This document shows positions 1 through 14,132 of a stretch of DNA of 64,000 nucleotides, one piece after another. The stretch is from the human T2T-CHM13v2.0 reference genome, Homo sapiens. The notes under the pieces are model-generated. The model saw nothing but the letters and a program-made list of their open reading frames with translations, had not been told where the DNA came from and searched no databases. The number at the start of each line of letters is the position of its first letter. The stretch's first letter is position 1. The DNA is taken from NCBI RefSeq assembly GCF_009914755.1, contig NC_060927.1; one strand, written 5' to 3'. A program made the position numbers and the translations under genes.

Positions 1-83
1 TTAGGATTCTGGCAGCCACCACAGCTAACTCTCAGTGAGCAGTCTCTCATCCTGTGTTACTCACCACTCTAAGAATTTTTATT

Positions 84-225
84 AACTCATTTAGTCCTGA
101 GGTGTGGTATAATTATTTTCATCCCCATTTTACAGACAAAGAACCTGAGGTGAGAGAGGTCCTCCTTCTCAGATGGCAGCATCAGTATCTGAGCCCGCAT
201 AGGTTCAGATTTAAATTGTTTCTCC
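84..225 (-). mobile_element. MIR SINE
   Basis: atccccattttacagacaaagaacctgagg, the reverse MIR core. Confidence 0.7.
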
Positions 226-989
226 GGTTGTGACAAAAACAAGGTGCTGCTCTGCCTACAAGCATTTTCTGCCCTGAATAATGCCTTTGGGAGGGTTTCC
301 ACATCTTTCCTTGCTCTGGACTAAGGATCAAGTAAAAAAAGAGAGTGGGGCAGGGATGCTCCACTGGATTGGATCTGTCTAGACTCACTGCTAGCAGTGA
401 GAAATCCAACTCCATCTAGATGGGTGAGAAGGGGGATTTGTAGGAAGATCCCTGGAGCAGCTCAAACAGTCATGTGACTAGATCCAAAGGCAATGTGCCC
501 AACCCTCCCCTCGCAGCTCCACACTCTGGGCCTGTCCTCACTGCTCTAGCGCTGGGTGAGTGCCTTCAAGCACCTTCTCTGCCACTTCTGAGTGGGTTAG
601 GATGACCCTGAGGAAGCCCACAGCCTGGCAAGGGTGGCTTGTGTCTAGCTCCAGACCGGCTACCACAGCCGAGGGGAGGGGAACCATGATAGGCCCAGCC
701 AGGACCACAGCCCCCACTCGGGCTCAGGCTAGGCTCAGGAGCACGGCGGCGGGGGCGGGGGGTGCTCAGGAGCATGGGGGAGCCTTTCAGAGAAGAGGGA
801 AGGAAGCAGGGCAAGTGCCCAGCACAGATGCTGCATAATCTACAATAGCAAAAGATTGGAAGCTGCCCAGTAGTACTGAACAAAACAAGGTTAAATAAAG
901 CTGCTCTAGCCACTCAGCAAAACACTATGTAGCTGTTTAACAAGCAGGAATATCTGGTGGGAATGACAGGACTCGCTGTTTCTCTGTCT

Positions 990-1046
990 ACACACATGCA
1001 CACACACACACACACAACAAACATGCACACACACATACATACACAT
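990..1046. repeat. Imperfect (CA)n microsatellite
   Basis: Direct inspection. Confidence 0.85.
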
Positions 1047-1145
1047 ATGTAATAATTCACAGGTAAGAAAAATATAGGCAAGAATTATATCATAATAGAA
1101 GAATCAAATGGCTTTTAATCTGTTTACCAAACTTTTCTTTACGGG

Positions 1146-2150
1146 TTCAACAAATTATTGTCTGTACCAGGCAAGGCACTGGGGACATGACAGGGAACAC
1201 AATAGAAGAAAAATCCCTGCCCTCATGGAATTTACATTCTAGTGGGGGAGGCAGATGACAAGATAAATAAGCAAAATACACCTTATATTGGATAACGATA
1301 GTGTAAGGAGAAAAAGCAATGAAGGCAAAGGGGAAGTTGGGATGCAGTGGTAACGGTTTAGACACGATGACCAGGGAAGGCTGAAGGAAATGAGGGACCA
1401 AGCTCTGCAGATATTGGGAGAGGTGCATTTTGGGCAGCGGGAATAGCAGGTGCAAAGGCCCTGAGGTGCCCACGCAGGGAACAGCATGGAGGTGATGTGG
1501 CTAGAGTGCGGTTATGAGGGGGAAGGGCAAACTAAGAGAGGAGTCAGAGAGGAAATGCAGCCAGATCACATGGGGCCTTGCAGCCAGCCACCCTAAAGGC
1601 TTTGGCTTTGTTGCAGTGAAATGAGAGCTATTTGAGGGCTTTGAGCAGAGAAGTAGCCAACCCTTCAGAAGGTTCCCTCTGACTCTGAGTTGAGAACAAG
1701 CTGAAAGGAGGTAAAGGCAGAGGCTTGGAGGCCGCAGTCATTCAGGTGAGAGGGGAGAATGACCTGGAGGGTGGTAGGAGCGGGAGGGGAGCAGTGGCCA
1801 CTCTACAAGTAGAGTCTTTTGACAAGTGAAGAGAAGAGAGATACAAAAGTCAAAGATGACGCCCCAGGCTTTGGGCCTGAGCAACCAGGAGGTTGGGGTG
1901 CTCCTTAACAGAGATGTGGGAAGAGGATCAGGAGAGTCGGGCATCCTAGAAGCCAGGTGAGACAAGGCTTCGAGGAAGAGAAAGTGACCAACTCCATCAC
2001 ACGCTGCTGGTAGTCAGGAAGGATGGCAACAGAGAACAGGCCATTGGGATGAGCAACCAGGCACTCACTGTAGACCTTGGTAAGAGATATCTGGGGAGAG
2101 GGGAGTGGAAGCCAAGCCTGCCTGAAATGAGGGGCTCAAAAGAGAATGGG
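1146..2150 (-). mobile_element. L2 LINE 3' fragment
   Basis: ttcaacaaat...ccctgccctcatggaatttacattctagtggggg, typical antisense L2 3' end. Confidence 0.75.
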
Positions 2151-2281
2151 ATAGCAGCATCATTCACAATAGACAAAAGGTGGAAGCAACTCAGTGTCCA
2201 TGACAGATGAATGGTAGAACAAAATGTGGCAAATGCATAGAATTGAATAATATTCTGCCTTAAAAAGGAGGGAAATTCCAT

Positions 2282-2590
2282 GCCAGCTGTGCTGGCTCAC
2301 GCCTGTAATCCCAGCACTTTGGGAGGCCCAGGCAGGGGGACTGCCTGAGCTCAGGGGCTCGAGACCAGCCTGGGCAACATGGCAAAACCCTGTCTCTACC
2401 AAAAATACAAAAAAATTAATTGGGCATAGTGGTGCATGCCTGTAGTCCCAGCTAACCCGGAAGCTGAGGTCAGAGGATTGCTTGAGCCTGGGGGGTAGAG
2501 GTTGCAGTGAGCTGAGATTGTGCCACTGCAGCAATCAGTGACAGAGTGAGGCCCCGTCTCAAAAAACAAAACAGAAAACCAAAAACCAAG
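2282..2590 (+). mobile_element. Alu (old, J-like)
   Basis: Dimeric Alu with A-rich tail. Confidence 0.9.
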
Positions 2591-2600
2591 AAGGAAATTC

Positions 2601-2903
2601 TTTCTTTTTTTTTTCTTTCTTTTTTTTTCTTTTTTTGGAGACAGGGTTTCCCTCTGTTATCCAGGCTGGGATGCAGCGGCAAGATCACGGCTCACTGCAG
2701 CCTCAACTTCCCTGACTCAAGTGATCCTCCCATCTCAGCCCCCAAGTAGCTGAGATTACAGGTGCATGCCACCACGCCCAGCAAATTGCTGTATTTTTTG
2801 TAGACAGGGTATCACCATGTTGCCAAGGCTGGTTTTGAACCCCTGGGCTCAACATCCGCCTCCTCGGTGCTGGGATTACAGGCATGAGCCACCATACCCA
2901 GCC
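2601..2903 (-). mobile_element. Alu (old, J-like), antisense
   Basis: Poly-T followed by reverse Alu. Confidence 0.9.
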
Positions 2904-3468
2904 CAAAGGAAGGAAATTCTGACACATGTTACAACATGGGTGAACCTTGAGCACATTATGCTGAGTGAAATAAGCCAGTCACAAAAGGACAAATATGGCA
3001 TGATTCCACTTATATGAGGTATCTAGAACAGTCAAATTCAGAGACAGAAAGTAGAATGCTGGTCTCCAGGGACTAGGGGCAGGGGGGAATGGGAGTTGCT
3101 GTTTAATGGATACAGTGTTTCAGTGTCACAAGATGAAAAGCTCTGCAGATTGGTTGCACAATAATATCAGTATACGCAACACTACTGACCTGAAAACTTA
3201 AAAATAGTCAACACAGTAAATTTCACGTTATGTGTGTTTTATCACAATTTTTTGAGACACAATAGAAGGCAAAAAATTAGTAAGTCCAGAAAATTATTTC
3301 AAAAAGTTTTGCTCTAAACTGAAGAGAAATGGGTGTATAACTGTAGGGAGAAGTAGGGTGGAGAGAGGGTTCTGCTGTTTTTAAGTTGGGAGAAATAACT
3401 GCATGTTTATTTGCTGATGGGACCAATCCAGTAGGCCATGGTCTTAAATGTTGAAATTACTTGCAAAA

Positions 3469-3771
<303 letters not shown>

Positions 3772-4257
3772 GAAATTACTTGCAAAAGAAAAACTGTATT
3801 TTAGGATGATAAATATTCTGGAACTAGTGGTGATATCTGCACTACCGTATGCATGTGCTAAAAAACAGACTGGGTACTTGAAAAGGGTCAATTTTGTGGT
3901 ATGTTAATTATACCTCAATAAAAATAAAAGCTATAATAAATGTTTAATGTCTTCCAAATACCATGTTCTCATACAGGCTGAGTTCCCACCCAGGCAGCCC
4001 CAGATACCTACAGTTTCTGTGGCCAGTGACCCACCACAGCTAGGTGGTAGCCTGCGGAACAGGAGAGGCAAGGTCATCCTCATTACGGCTGAGTCACAAA
4101 TGCTGCATTAGCACACACAGCCCCCTACAGCTAGATCTACGGAGCATGCACCAATTTGTTGCAGATAAATGGCACCTTTTACTTAGGCCCATGAACTCTC
4201 AGGTCTTCAGTCTTAAAATGAAATCTAAGAGCTGGGCACAGTAATTCACATCTGTAA

Positions 4258-4858
<601 letters not shown>

Positions 4859-4908
4859 TTTTGCCTTTTTCCTTTCTTCTGAACAACCTCAAACAGTATT
4901 TTACCCAC

Positions 4909-5323
4909 TGTGATGATTAATTTTATGTGTCAACTTGGCTAGACCATGGTAACCAGCTATTTGGTCAAACATTCTAGACATTTCTGTGAAGGTATTTTTT
5001 AGATGAGATTAACATTTAAATCAGTGGACTTAGAGTAAAGCAGATTATTCTCCATGATGTGGTGGGCTTTATCCAATCAGCTATAAGCCTTAATAGAAAA
5101 AGACCGACCTCCCAGAGCAGGAAGAATTCTACCCAGAGAGCCTTTGGGCTCACTGCAACTCTTCCCTGGGTCTCCGGCCTGCCAGTCTACCTTGCTGATT
5201 TTTGACTCACCTGGCCTCCACAATCACATGAGCCAATTCCTAAAAATCAACCTCTCAATAGATAGATGAGCGATTGATTGACACACATCCTGTTGGTTCT
5301 GTTTCTCTCCAAACCCTAATACA
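4909..5323 (+). mobile_element. MLT2 (ERV-L) solo LTR
   Basis: TGTGATGATTAATTTTATGTGTCAACTTG start and ...TCTGTTTCTCTCCAAACCCTAATACA end, typical MLT2 termini. Confidence 0.82.
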
Positions 5324-5465
5324 CACCCAAAATAAGTGATTTTCCAATAGAAATTGTCTGTAAGGACCTGTACTTGCATGAAATTTCAAGTCACCAGATA
5401 AATGAATAAAAATATATTTTTTAAAAACCACAAAATATGGCAACCCAGAAAGAATAACATTTGTC

Positions 5466-5750
5466 GGCCAGGCGCGGTGGCTCACGCCTGTAATCCCAGT
5501 ACTTTGGGAGGCCAAGGCGGGTGGATCACAAGGTCAGGAGATCGAGACTATCCTGGCTAACACGGTGAAACCCTGTCTCTTCTAAAAATACAAAAACAAA
5601 ATTAGCCGGGCGTGGTGGCGGGCGCCTGTACTCCCAGTTACTCAGGAGGCTGAGGCGGGAGAATGGCGTGAACCCAGGAGGCAGAGCTTATAGTGAGCCA
5701 AGATTGCGCCACTGCACTCCAGCCTGGGTGACAGCAAGACTCTGTCTCAA

Positions 5751-5787
<37 letters not shown>
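5466..5787 (+). mobile_element. AluY-like with (TAA)n tail
   Basis: gagatcgagactatcctggctaacacgg, gaatggcgtgaaccc diagnostics. Confidence 0.9.
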
Positions 5788-5848
5788 TTTGTCTATATAC
5801 TGATCAAAGCTATCATAGTAGATATATTTGTTTTCAAATGCAACTTTA

Positions 5849-6400
5849 GGGTGGGTGCAGTGGCTCACACCTGTAATCCCAGCACACTGGGAGGCTGAGG
5901 CCAGAAAATCACATGAGGCCAGGAGTTTGAGACCAGCCTGGGTAATACAGAGAGACCCAGTCTCTACAAAAAATTTAAAAAATTAGCCGGCGTGAGACCA
6001 GGCACGGTGGCTCATGCCTGTAATCCCAGCACTTTGAGAGGCCGAGGCGGGCGGATCATGAGGTCAGGAGATCGAGACCATTGGCTAACACGGTGAAACC
6101 CCGTCTCTACTAAAAAAAAAAAACAAAACAAAAAAATTAGCCAGGCAAAGTGGCGGGCTCCTGCGGTCCCAGCTACTCAGAAGGCTGAGGTAGGAGAATG
6201 GCGTGAACCTGGGAGGCAGAGCTTGCAGTGAGCCAAGATCACACCACTGCACTCCAGCCTGGGCGACAGAGCAAGACTCCGTCTCAAAAAAAACAAAAAC
6301 AAACAAACAACAACAAAAAATTAGCCGGTGTGGTGGCATGCACCTGTAGTCCCAGTTACTCTGGAGGCCAAGGCAAGAGGATCACTTGAGCCCAGAGGAC
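5849..6400 (+). mobile_element. Old Alu split by a nested AluY-like copy (~5997-6315)
   Basis: TSD AAAAATTAGCCGG(C/T)GTG duplicated around the inner Alu. Confidence 0.88.
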
Positions 6401-6446
6401 ACTAGACACGCATAGGGTAACTATTGTTTCACCAAATAATTCAGAT

Positions 6447-6457
6447 ATGCGCGCACA

Positions 6458-6488
<31 letters not shown>
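6447..6488. repeat. (CG)n(CA)n microsatellite
   Basis: Direct inspection. Confidence 0.9.
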
Positions 6489-7217
6489 CAGGTTACCAGG
6501 TTGCAGTCTATGTTTTACAATAGGTCACAGTCAAAAACATGGGAGAAGCCACCATACTCCACCACACAATAAATGCTTAATAAAATTTGGTAGCATCATC
6601 ATTCTTATCTCACTCTAAAAGGTAATACGTTCATTTTCTTCATTAGCATTTATTATCACAATAAAATAGAGCTTCTAACACATTTATCAATGCTGCCACT
6701 CACTGCAGTGCTGTTTAAGAGTCATTGCACCTCCCTAAATTAACTTGCCAATTCTCTCGCCTCAAAAGGACTCAGGCAATCATTTAAATAATTTCTGACT
6801 CACAAAGCTGGCCAAGGATTAGCGAGGCCCTGCCCAGCCCAGAACACATGAAATGTGAGTGATTTGTTAAGAAAACCATTTGAGTTTGCAAGACTGCACA
6901 GGGCTTTTATAAAACTAAAGCCATGCTGGAGAGAAACAGTCCTCCCCACCCCCTTGGGAGATGTGTCATAGAGATAGGTCACACAAGGTCAGCCAAGCTG
7001 TACCTTCTGAGACTGGGCAGGAACTGAAGCGCCAAACCTCAACTGTGTAACGTGCTTCCTTGTTTTGGGGTTAGGTTATATCATTGTGTTTTTCCCCTAA
7101 CTTTCCATGTGCACACACACGCACACACCCCCCTCACTAAAGGATGGAAACAAAATCCCTATGAACTGCCGGTTCCAACAACTTAAATAAGGGAATCTGC
7201 TAAGGCAAAAGATCTGA

Positions 7218-7519
7218 TTTTTTTTTTTTTTTTTTCTGAGACCGAGTCTCGCTGTATCACCCAAGCTGGAGTGCTATGACGTGATCTTGGCTCACCGTAA
7301 CCTCTGCCTCCCAGGTTCAAGCAATTCTCTGCCTCAGCCTCTCTCTAGTAACTGGGATTACAGGCACTCACCACCACGTCTGGATAATTTTTGTATTTTT
7401 AGCAGAGACGGGGTTTCACCATCTTGGCCAGGTTGGTCTTGAACTCCTGACCTCGTGATCCACTTGCCTCAGCCTCCCAAAGTGCTAGGATTACAGGCGT
7501 GAGCCACCACGCCTGGCCT
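7218..7519 (-). mobile_element. Alu, antisense, TSD AGATCTGA
   Basis: Reverse Alu with TSD. Confidence 0.9.
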
Positions 7520-7671
7520 AGATCTGAGATTTTGAAGACCTCAAAACATATATTCTATTGCATGTAAGTTTCTCTTCTCCCAGAAACAAACTAAAAACAC
7601 AGTCCAAATTCATGCTTTTTTAAATTGCTTTTTTGAAACAACTGCAATAAATAACTCTAATCTCTGTCTCT

Positions 7672-7674
<3 letters not shown>

Positions 7675-7712
<38 letters not shown>
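7675..7712. repeat. Pure (CA)n microsatellite, ~19 units
   Basis: Direct inspection. Confidence 0.95.
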
Positions 7713-7714
<2 letters not shown>

Positions 7715-7950
7715 TGTTTGTTTAAAATGAGAGCTCCTCACCCCAGATGAGTTGAGGTATGAATGGATTTGAAGTTTCAAATGTAGTTTCCCAGGTTGTT
7801 CTTTAAGTTTAGAAAACAAGGTTCCAAGTGATACAAATATAGGCACTCCATTTTTTATTATTTCTTTCTTGAAAATAAAATCATGTATTTGTGCTGTGCC
7901 AAAGCATTACATCTGGAACACATAAGTACATGTCAGGGTGTAAACTAAGC

Positions 7951-8245
7951 TTTTTTTTTCTTTTGAGACAGGGTCTTGCTCTGTCGCCAAGCTGGAGTGC
8001 ATTAGTGTGAGCACAGCTCATTGCAGCGTCAAACAACTGGGCTCAAGCTATCCTCCCACCTTAGCCTTCCAAGTATGTGGGACTACAGACATGTGCCGTC
8101 ACACCCAACTAATTTTTAATTGTTTTATAGAAATAGAGTCTCGCTTTGCTGCCCAGGCGGGTCTCAAACTCCTAGCCTGAGGCAATGCTCCCACTTCAAC
8201 CTCCCAAAGTGCTGGGATTACAGGCATGAGCCACTGCGCCTGGCC
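7951..8245 (-). mobile_element. AluJ-like, antisense
   Basis: Reverse Alu, TSD TAAACTAA. Confidence 0.88.
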
Positions 8246-8814
8246 TAAACTAAACTTTTAATATGTGATATTACTCCCTTTTTATTTTTATTCCATTCTT
8301 CAAACTATGATGTGAGTGAATTGGGGGTGAGGGGCTAAGATTGTTTTAGCAGCAGAACTCTTTCCTCAAATGAAATTGTACCCCTTTGCCCAACAGATAA
8401 AACAAGATAAAATGGAGCCTGGCTTCAATTCTCCTATCACCACCTGGTGCCTCCAGGGCTGTGGGGTCTCCCAGTTCCCACCACACTTCTCCAGGCATGA
8501 AGCAAGGGGTTATGGGAGTATCTTAGAGATCTCCATCCCATCCTTAGCATGAAGGAAAGCCAGATCTGTCATATGTGTGTCCAGGTGCCAGATGCACTCC
8601 CATTTCACAAATTCAGGAGTTAAATGTCTTACCCAAGCCTTAAATTAGACACTACAGTATACTGTGTTACTTTCTTCAAAAAGGAAAGAGACATTTACAT
8701 CGCTGGAGTTTTGTCTGTGCAGTTTGATGGATGGGTCTCAGAGTGCCTACTCAGCAGACTCAATGACTAGGGAAGCTGAGTGAGCAGTGCCACCAGCAAA
8801 AAGGAATTTAGGTT

Positions 8815-10610
<1,796 letters not shown>

Positions 10611-10760
10611 TTCTTCCCTGAGGAATGGAAGAGCCAGGGCAGGTAAAAGAGAGGAGAAATGTATACGGTCAAAGAAAACACTCTTGGACATAACTAAATG
10701 GGAAAACATTAGTTGTTAGCACTGTCCAGGCCAAATAAAGAATTAAAAAAAAAAAAAATA

Positions 10761-11372
<612 letters not shown>

Positions 11373-11995
11373 TTAGTTGGTAAGCAATACATACAAAATG
11401 AGCCCATTATGTTGGTTTTCAAAGATACTCACAGGTACCCATGCCTGTGTGAGTAAACAAAAGCAAGAGAAATCTATGCCCAGTTGATCACAAACATTCT
11501 CTCTGGAAGCAAGCTTGGGATGGGGAAGGTGGAATTTTATTTTTTACTTTTTTTTTTAATATCTCAGCATATTATACCTGTAATTACTTTTAACTCTACA
11601 ACTTCTGATATGTTTACGTTTATGTTCAATAAGAATATAATCAGGATTTCTTATTTATGTTTCTAGCCAAAAGGGAAGGAAAGAGAGAGAAAGCCACTGG
11701 AGTTGGGCAGCGTGGGAAGCTGTGAAAGTGGACAAGCGTGAAAGAGCTTCCAAGTAGTGGAAACAGCAGAAGCAAAGATGTGAACATGGGAAAACCTCTG
11801 CAGTATCTGGGTGACTGTGGGGTTTGGCTCTGTTTGAGCACCCCGGGATGATTGGTGGTGGGGTGTGGCTGAAGGTGAATTGGAACAGTGCACTCAGAGC
11901 CAGGTTGCAAGAGTGCTGCATGCTCCTCAGGGATTGGCTCCGGCCAAGTGCCCCAGCCTCCTTTTCTGGAGAATTCTGTTTTTGACTTGGGCCCC

Positions 11996-12568
11996 ATGTC
12001 CAGTTCTGCTCTGACTTGTGGGTCCACCTTAGAAAAGTCAGGAGACACCTGGGAAATGAAGGCACTAGACTCTTCCAGACTCGTTCCATGGCCACCCAGA
12101 GGCCTTGGGTCATCCACCCAACATCCCAACAAACCCCACTGTGCACTGGCATCATGCCAGGGTCCAGGTGTCCTGCCAGGAGCAGCCTCTGCCCTCCCAG
12201 AGCTGACATTTCAGGGGGATGTGTGCCAAAGTGAGACCTGTCAGAGATATTTACAAGCAGCCATCTCTCTTGACATCGCTGTATCCCAAATAAATCTTCT
12301 GGGAAGACCCTCTTCACCTCCAGCTCTCCTGATACAGCAAGGCAGTTGTGAGCAAGTTATTCATAACTCTACACCTCAATTTCTTGGTATGGAAGATGGG
12401 GATAATGAGAGGACCACAGGATGGTTGTGGAGACTGTGTGAGGATATAGATGCCGAGCCCAGTAGCACAGGGTGCAGCCGTTCAAACCAACTGACATTTA
12501 CTGAGGGCTGCTTTGTCAGGTCCCTCTCTACAGTATACTCCAACACACACATACACACACATCTGTAA
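11996..12568 (+). CDS. SPATA12: SPATA12, spermatogenesis-associated protein 12 (190 aa, single coding exon)
   Basis: ATG at 11996 to TAA at 12568 gives 190 aa MSSSALTCGSTLEKSGDTWEMK...NTHIHTHL, matching recalled SPATA12; position next to ARHGEF3/IL17RD fits. Confidence 0.92.
   Translation: MSSSALTCGSTLEKSGDTWEMKALDSSRLVPWPPRGLGSSTQHPNKPHCALASCQGPGVLPGAASALPELTFQGDVCQSETCQRYLQAAISLDIAVSQINLLGRPSSPPALLIQQGSCEQVIHNSTPQFLGMEDGDNERTTGWLWRLCEDIDAEPSSTGCSRSNQLTFTEGCFVRSLSTVYSNTHIHTHL
12320..12490 (+). mobile_element. Decayed MIR inside the SPATA12 CDS
   Basis: tgagcaagttattcataactctacacctcaatttctt...gatggggataatga...caggatggttgtggagact aligns by eye with the MIR core. Confidence 0.7.
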
Positions 12569-13399
12569 TCAATAATAATCCTGCAACATCTGAGAGTCTG
12601 GCAGCTGTTTGTCTGGGCCTTTGCACATGCTATGCCCTCCCTTCCATCCCCCACCCCCACCAGGGGTGACTCGTAGCCATCCCTTTCTGCATCTTCTTAG
12701 ATATCACTTTTTCCAAGAAGCCTCCCTGTCACACTTCCCCAATATCACAGATGAAGAAATCAAGATTCAGAAAGGTTAAGTTACTGGCACAAGGTCACAC
12801 AATCCAGATCTCATACTCTTAGCCCCCGGGGAACCTTCACTGTATTAAATGACATCAATTGATCAATCAATCGATCAATCAATGAAAGAGTGGGAGGCAT
12901 GCATCTCCTGATCCCCGATCCTATACATTTTCATCTCTTTATTGTTTCTATCAAAGCCTGCTAAGTAATTACTTTCCCTCTGGGTAAGTGCCACTAGGTG
13001 ATGAGGTGAGGTAATCAAATGACATAGAAGAGGAAGGAGTCCACTGCCAGGGTAGGTGCAGTGGAGCAAGTCTTACAATGTGCAGGATTATAACTCCAGC
13101 AATGACCCCTAGGCTCATGCTCATTCCCCAGGTGGCAGTTTCAGAACACATTGCTCAGGTCTCACCCTGTAAATGTAGGTACCAGCCTTCTAGTTGACCA
13201 TCAGAACACACAACGCCAAGATCTTACTCCAGCCACCTGCCAGGACCTGGAGGGCAGGAGGAGAGTTCTGCCTACATTGTCTCATTTTCCCTCCCCTTCT
13301 GCAGTGAGATAGACCATGTCCAGTGCTCAGGAGTTGACTGGCCACACTGGGGAGTTTGACCACAACATTGGGCTCCATATGCATGGAATGAGGTTGCAT

Positions 13400-13730
13400 G
13401 CAATTGTCCATGAGGCTGCTCCCTCATTTGTCTGGGTTTCTGCTCCAATGCTATCTCCTCAGAAAGACCTTCTCTGACTGAAGCCAGCTCTGCCTCCATC
13501 CCATCACTCTGGATCTCCTTCCCCAGCTTCATCTCCATTACACTGGCCACTCTCCCTCACATCTTATTACTGATCTAGTTGTCTACTGTCCATCTCCACC
13601 ACTGGGATGTAAACTCCACAAGGGAGGAATGCTGTCAGTTTCTTTGACTGCTGTGTGGTCAGTACCAGGGCAATGCCTCGCACAGAGTAGCCCTCTCTCC
13701 CTAAATGTTTTTGAATAAATGAAATAAATG
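13400..13730 (+). mobile_element. L2 3' fragment in SPATA12 3'UTR
   Basis: ctcctcagaaagaccttctctgac...gatgtaaactccacaagggagg...taaatgtttttgaataaatgaa. Confidence 0.75.
13714..13728 (+). terminator. SPATA12: SPATA12 polyadenylation signals (two AATAAA) inside an L2 3' end
   Basis: gAATAAAtgaAATAAAtg ~1.15 kb after the stop codon. Confidence 0.68.
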
Positions 13731-13827
13731 AGCTAAGTGGCTAAGACATGTGTAAATACAACCTCAATTAGGAACAGTCTTGCCAGTCCTCTTTTTTTTT
13801 CTTCTTTTTTTAAGAAAAAAAAAAAAT

Positions 13828-14132
13828 GGGCCCGGCATGGTGGCTCATGCCTGTAATCCCAGCACTTTGGGAGGCCAAGGCAGATGATCACTTGAGCTCA
13901 GGTATTCAAGACCAGCCTGGGCAACATGGTGAAACCCCATCTCTACAAAAAATACATAAATTAGCTAGGCATGGTGGTGCATGCCCATAGTCCCAGTTAC
14001 TCAGGAGGCTGAGGTGGGAGGATTGCTTGAGCCTGAGAGGCAGATGTTGCAGTGAGCCAAGATCACGCCACTGCATGCCAGCCTGGGCAAGAAAGCAAGA
14101 CCCTATCTCTAAAAAAGAAAAAAGAAAAAGAA
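13828..14132 (+). mobile_element. AluJ-like
   Basis: Alu dimer with A-rich tail. Confidence 0.9.

Larger units (their letters stand above)
2151..3260 (+). mobile_element. Old L1 (L1MB-like) 3' region interrupted by two Alus
   Basis: atagcagcatcattcacaatag...gatgaatgg...acatgggtgaaccttgagcacattatgctgagtgaaataagccag. Confidence 0.8.
11667..13745 (+). other. SPATA12: SPATA12 terminal exon (5'UTR part, CDS, 3'UTR); exon 1 lies upstream of the window
   Basis: Acceptor ttcttatttatgtttctag|CC at 11666/11667; AATAAA at 13714-13719 and 13723-13728. Confidence 0.7.

Noticed and set aside
560-913. GC-rich patch with ORFs on both strands
   Set aside because: Too short and CpG-poor for an island; ORFs are non-ATG or lack homology
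2270-2279. NF-kappaB-like GGGAAATTCC
   Set aside because: Lies at an L1/Alu junction within the target-site motif; no regulatory context
11888-11995. 36-aa N-terminal extension of SPATA12 in the 226-aa ORF call
   Set aside because: It starts at GTG; the first in-frame ATG at 11996 gives the recognised 190-aa protein
11641-12317. Minus-strand ORFs of 163 and 220 aa over SPATA12
   Set aside because: No domain, splice or promoter support; best explained as antisense shadows in stop-poor sequence
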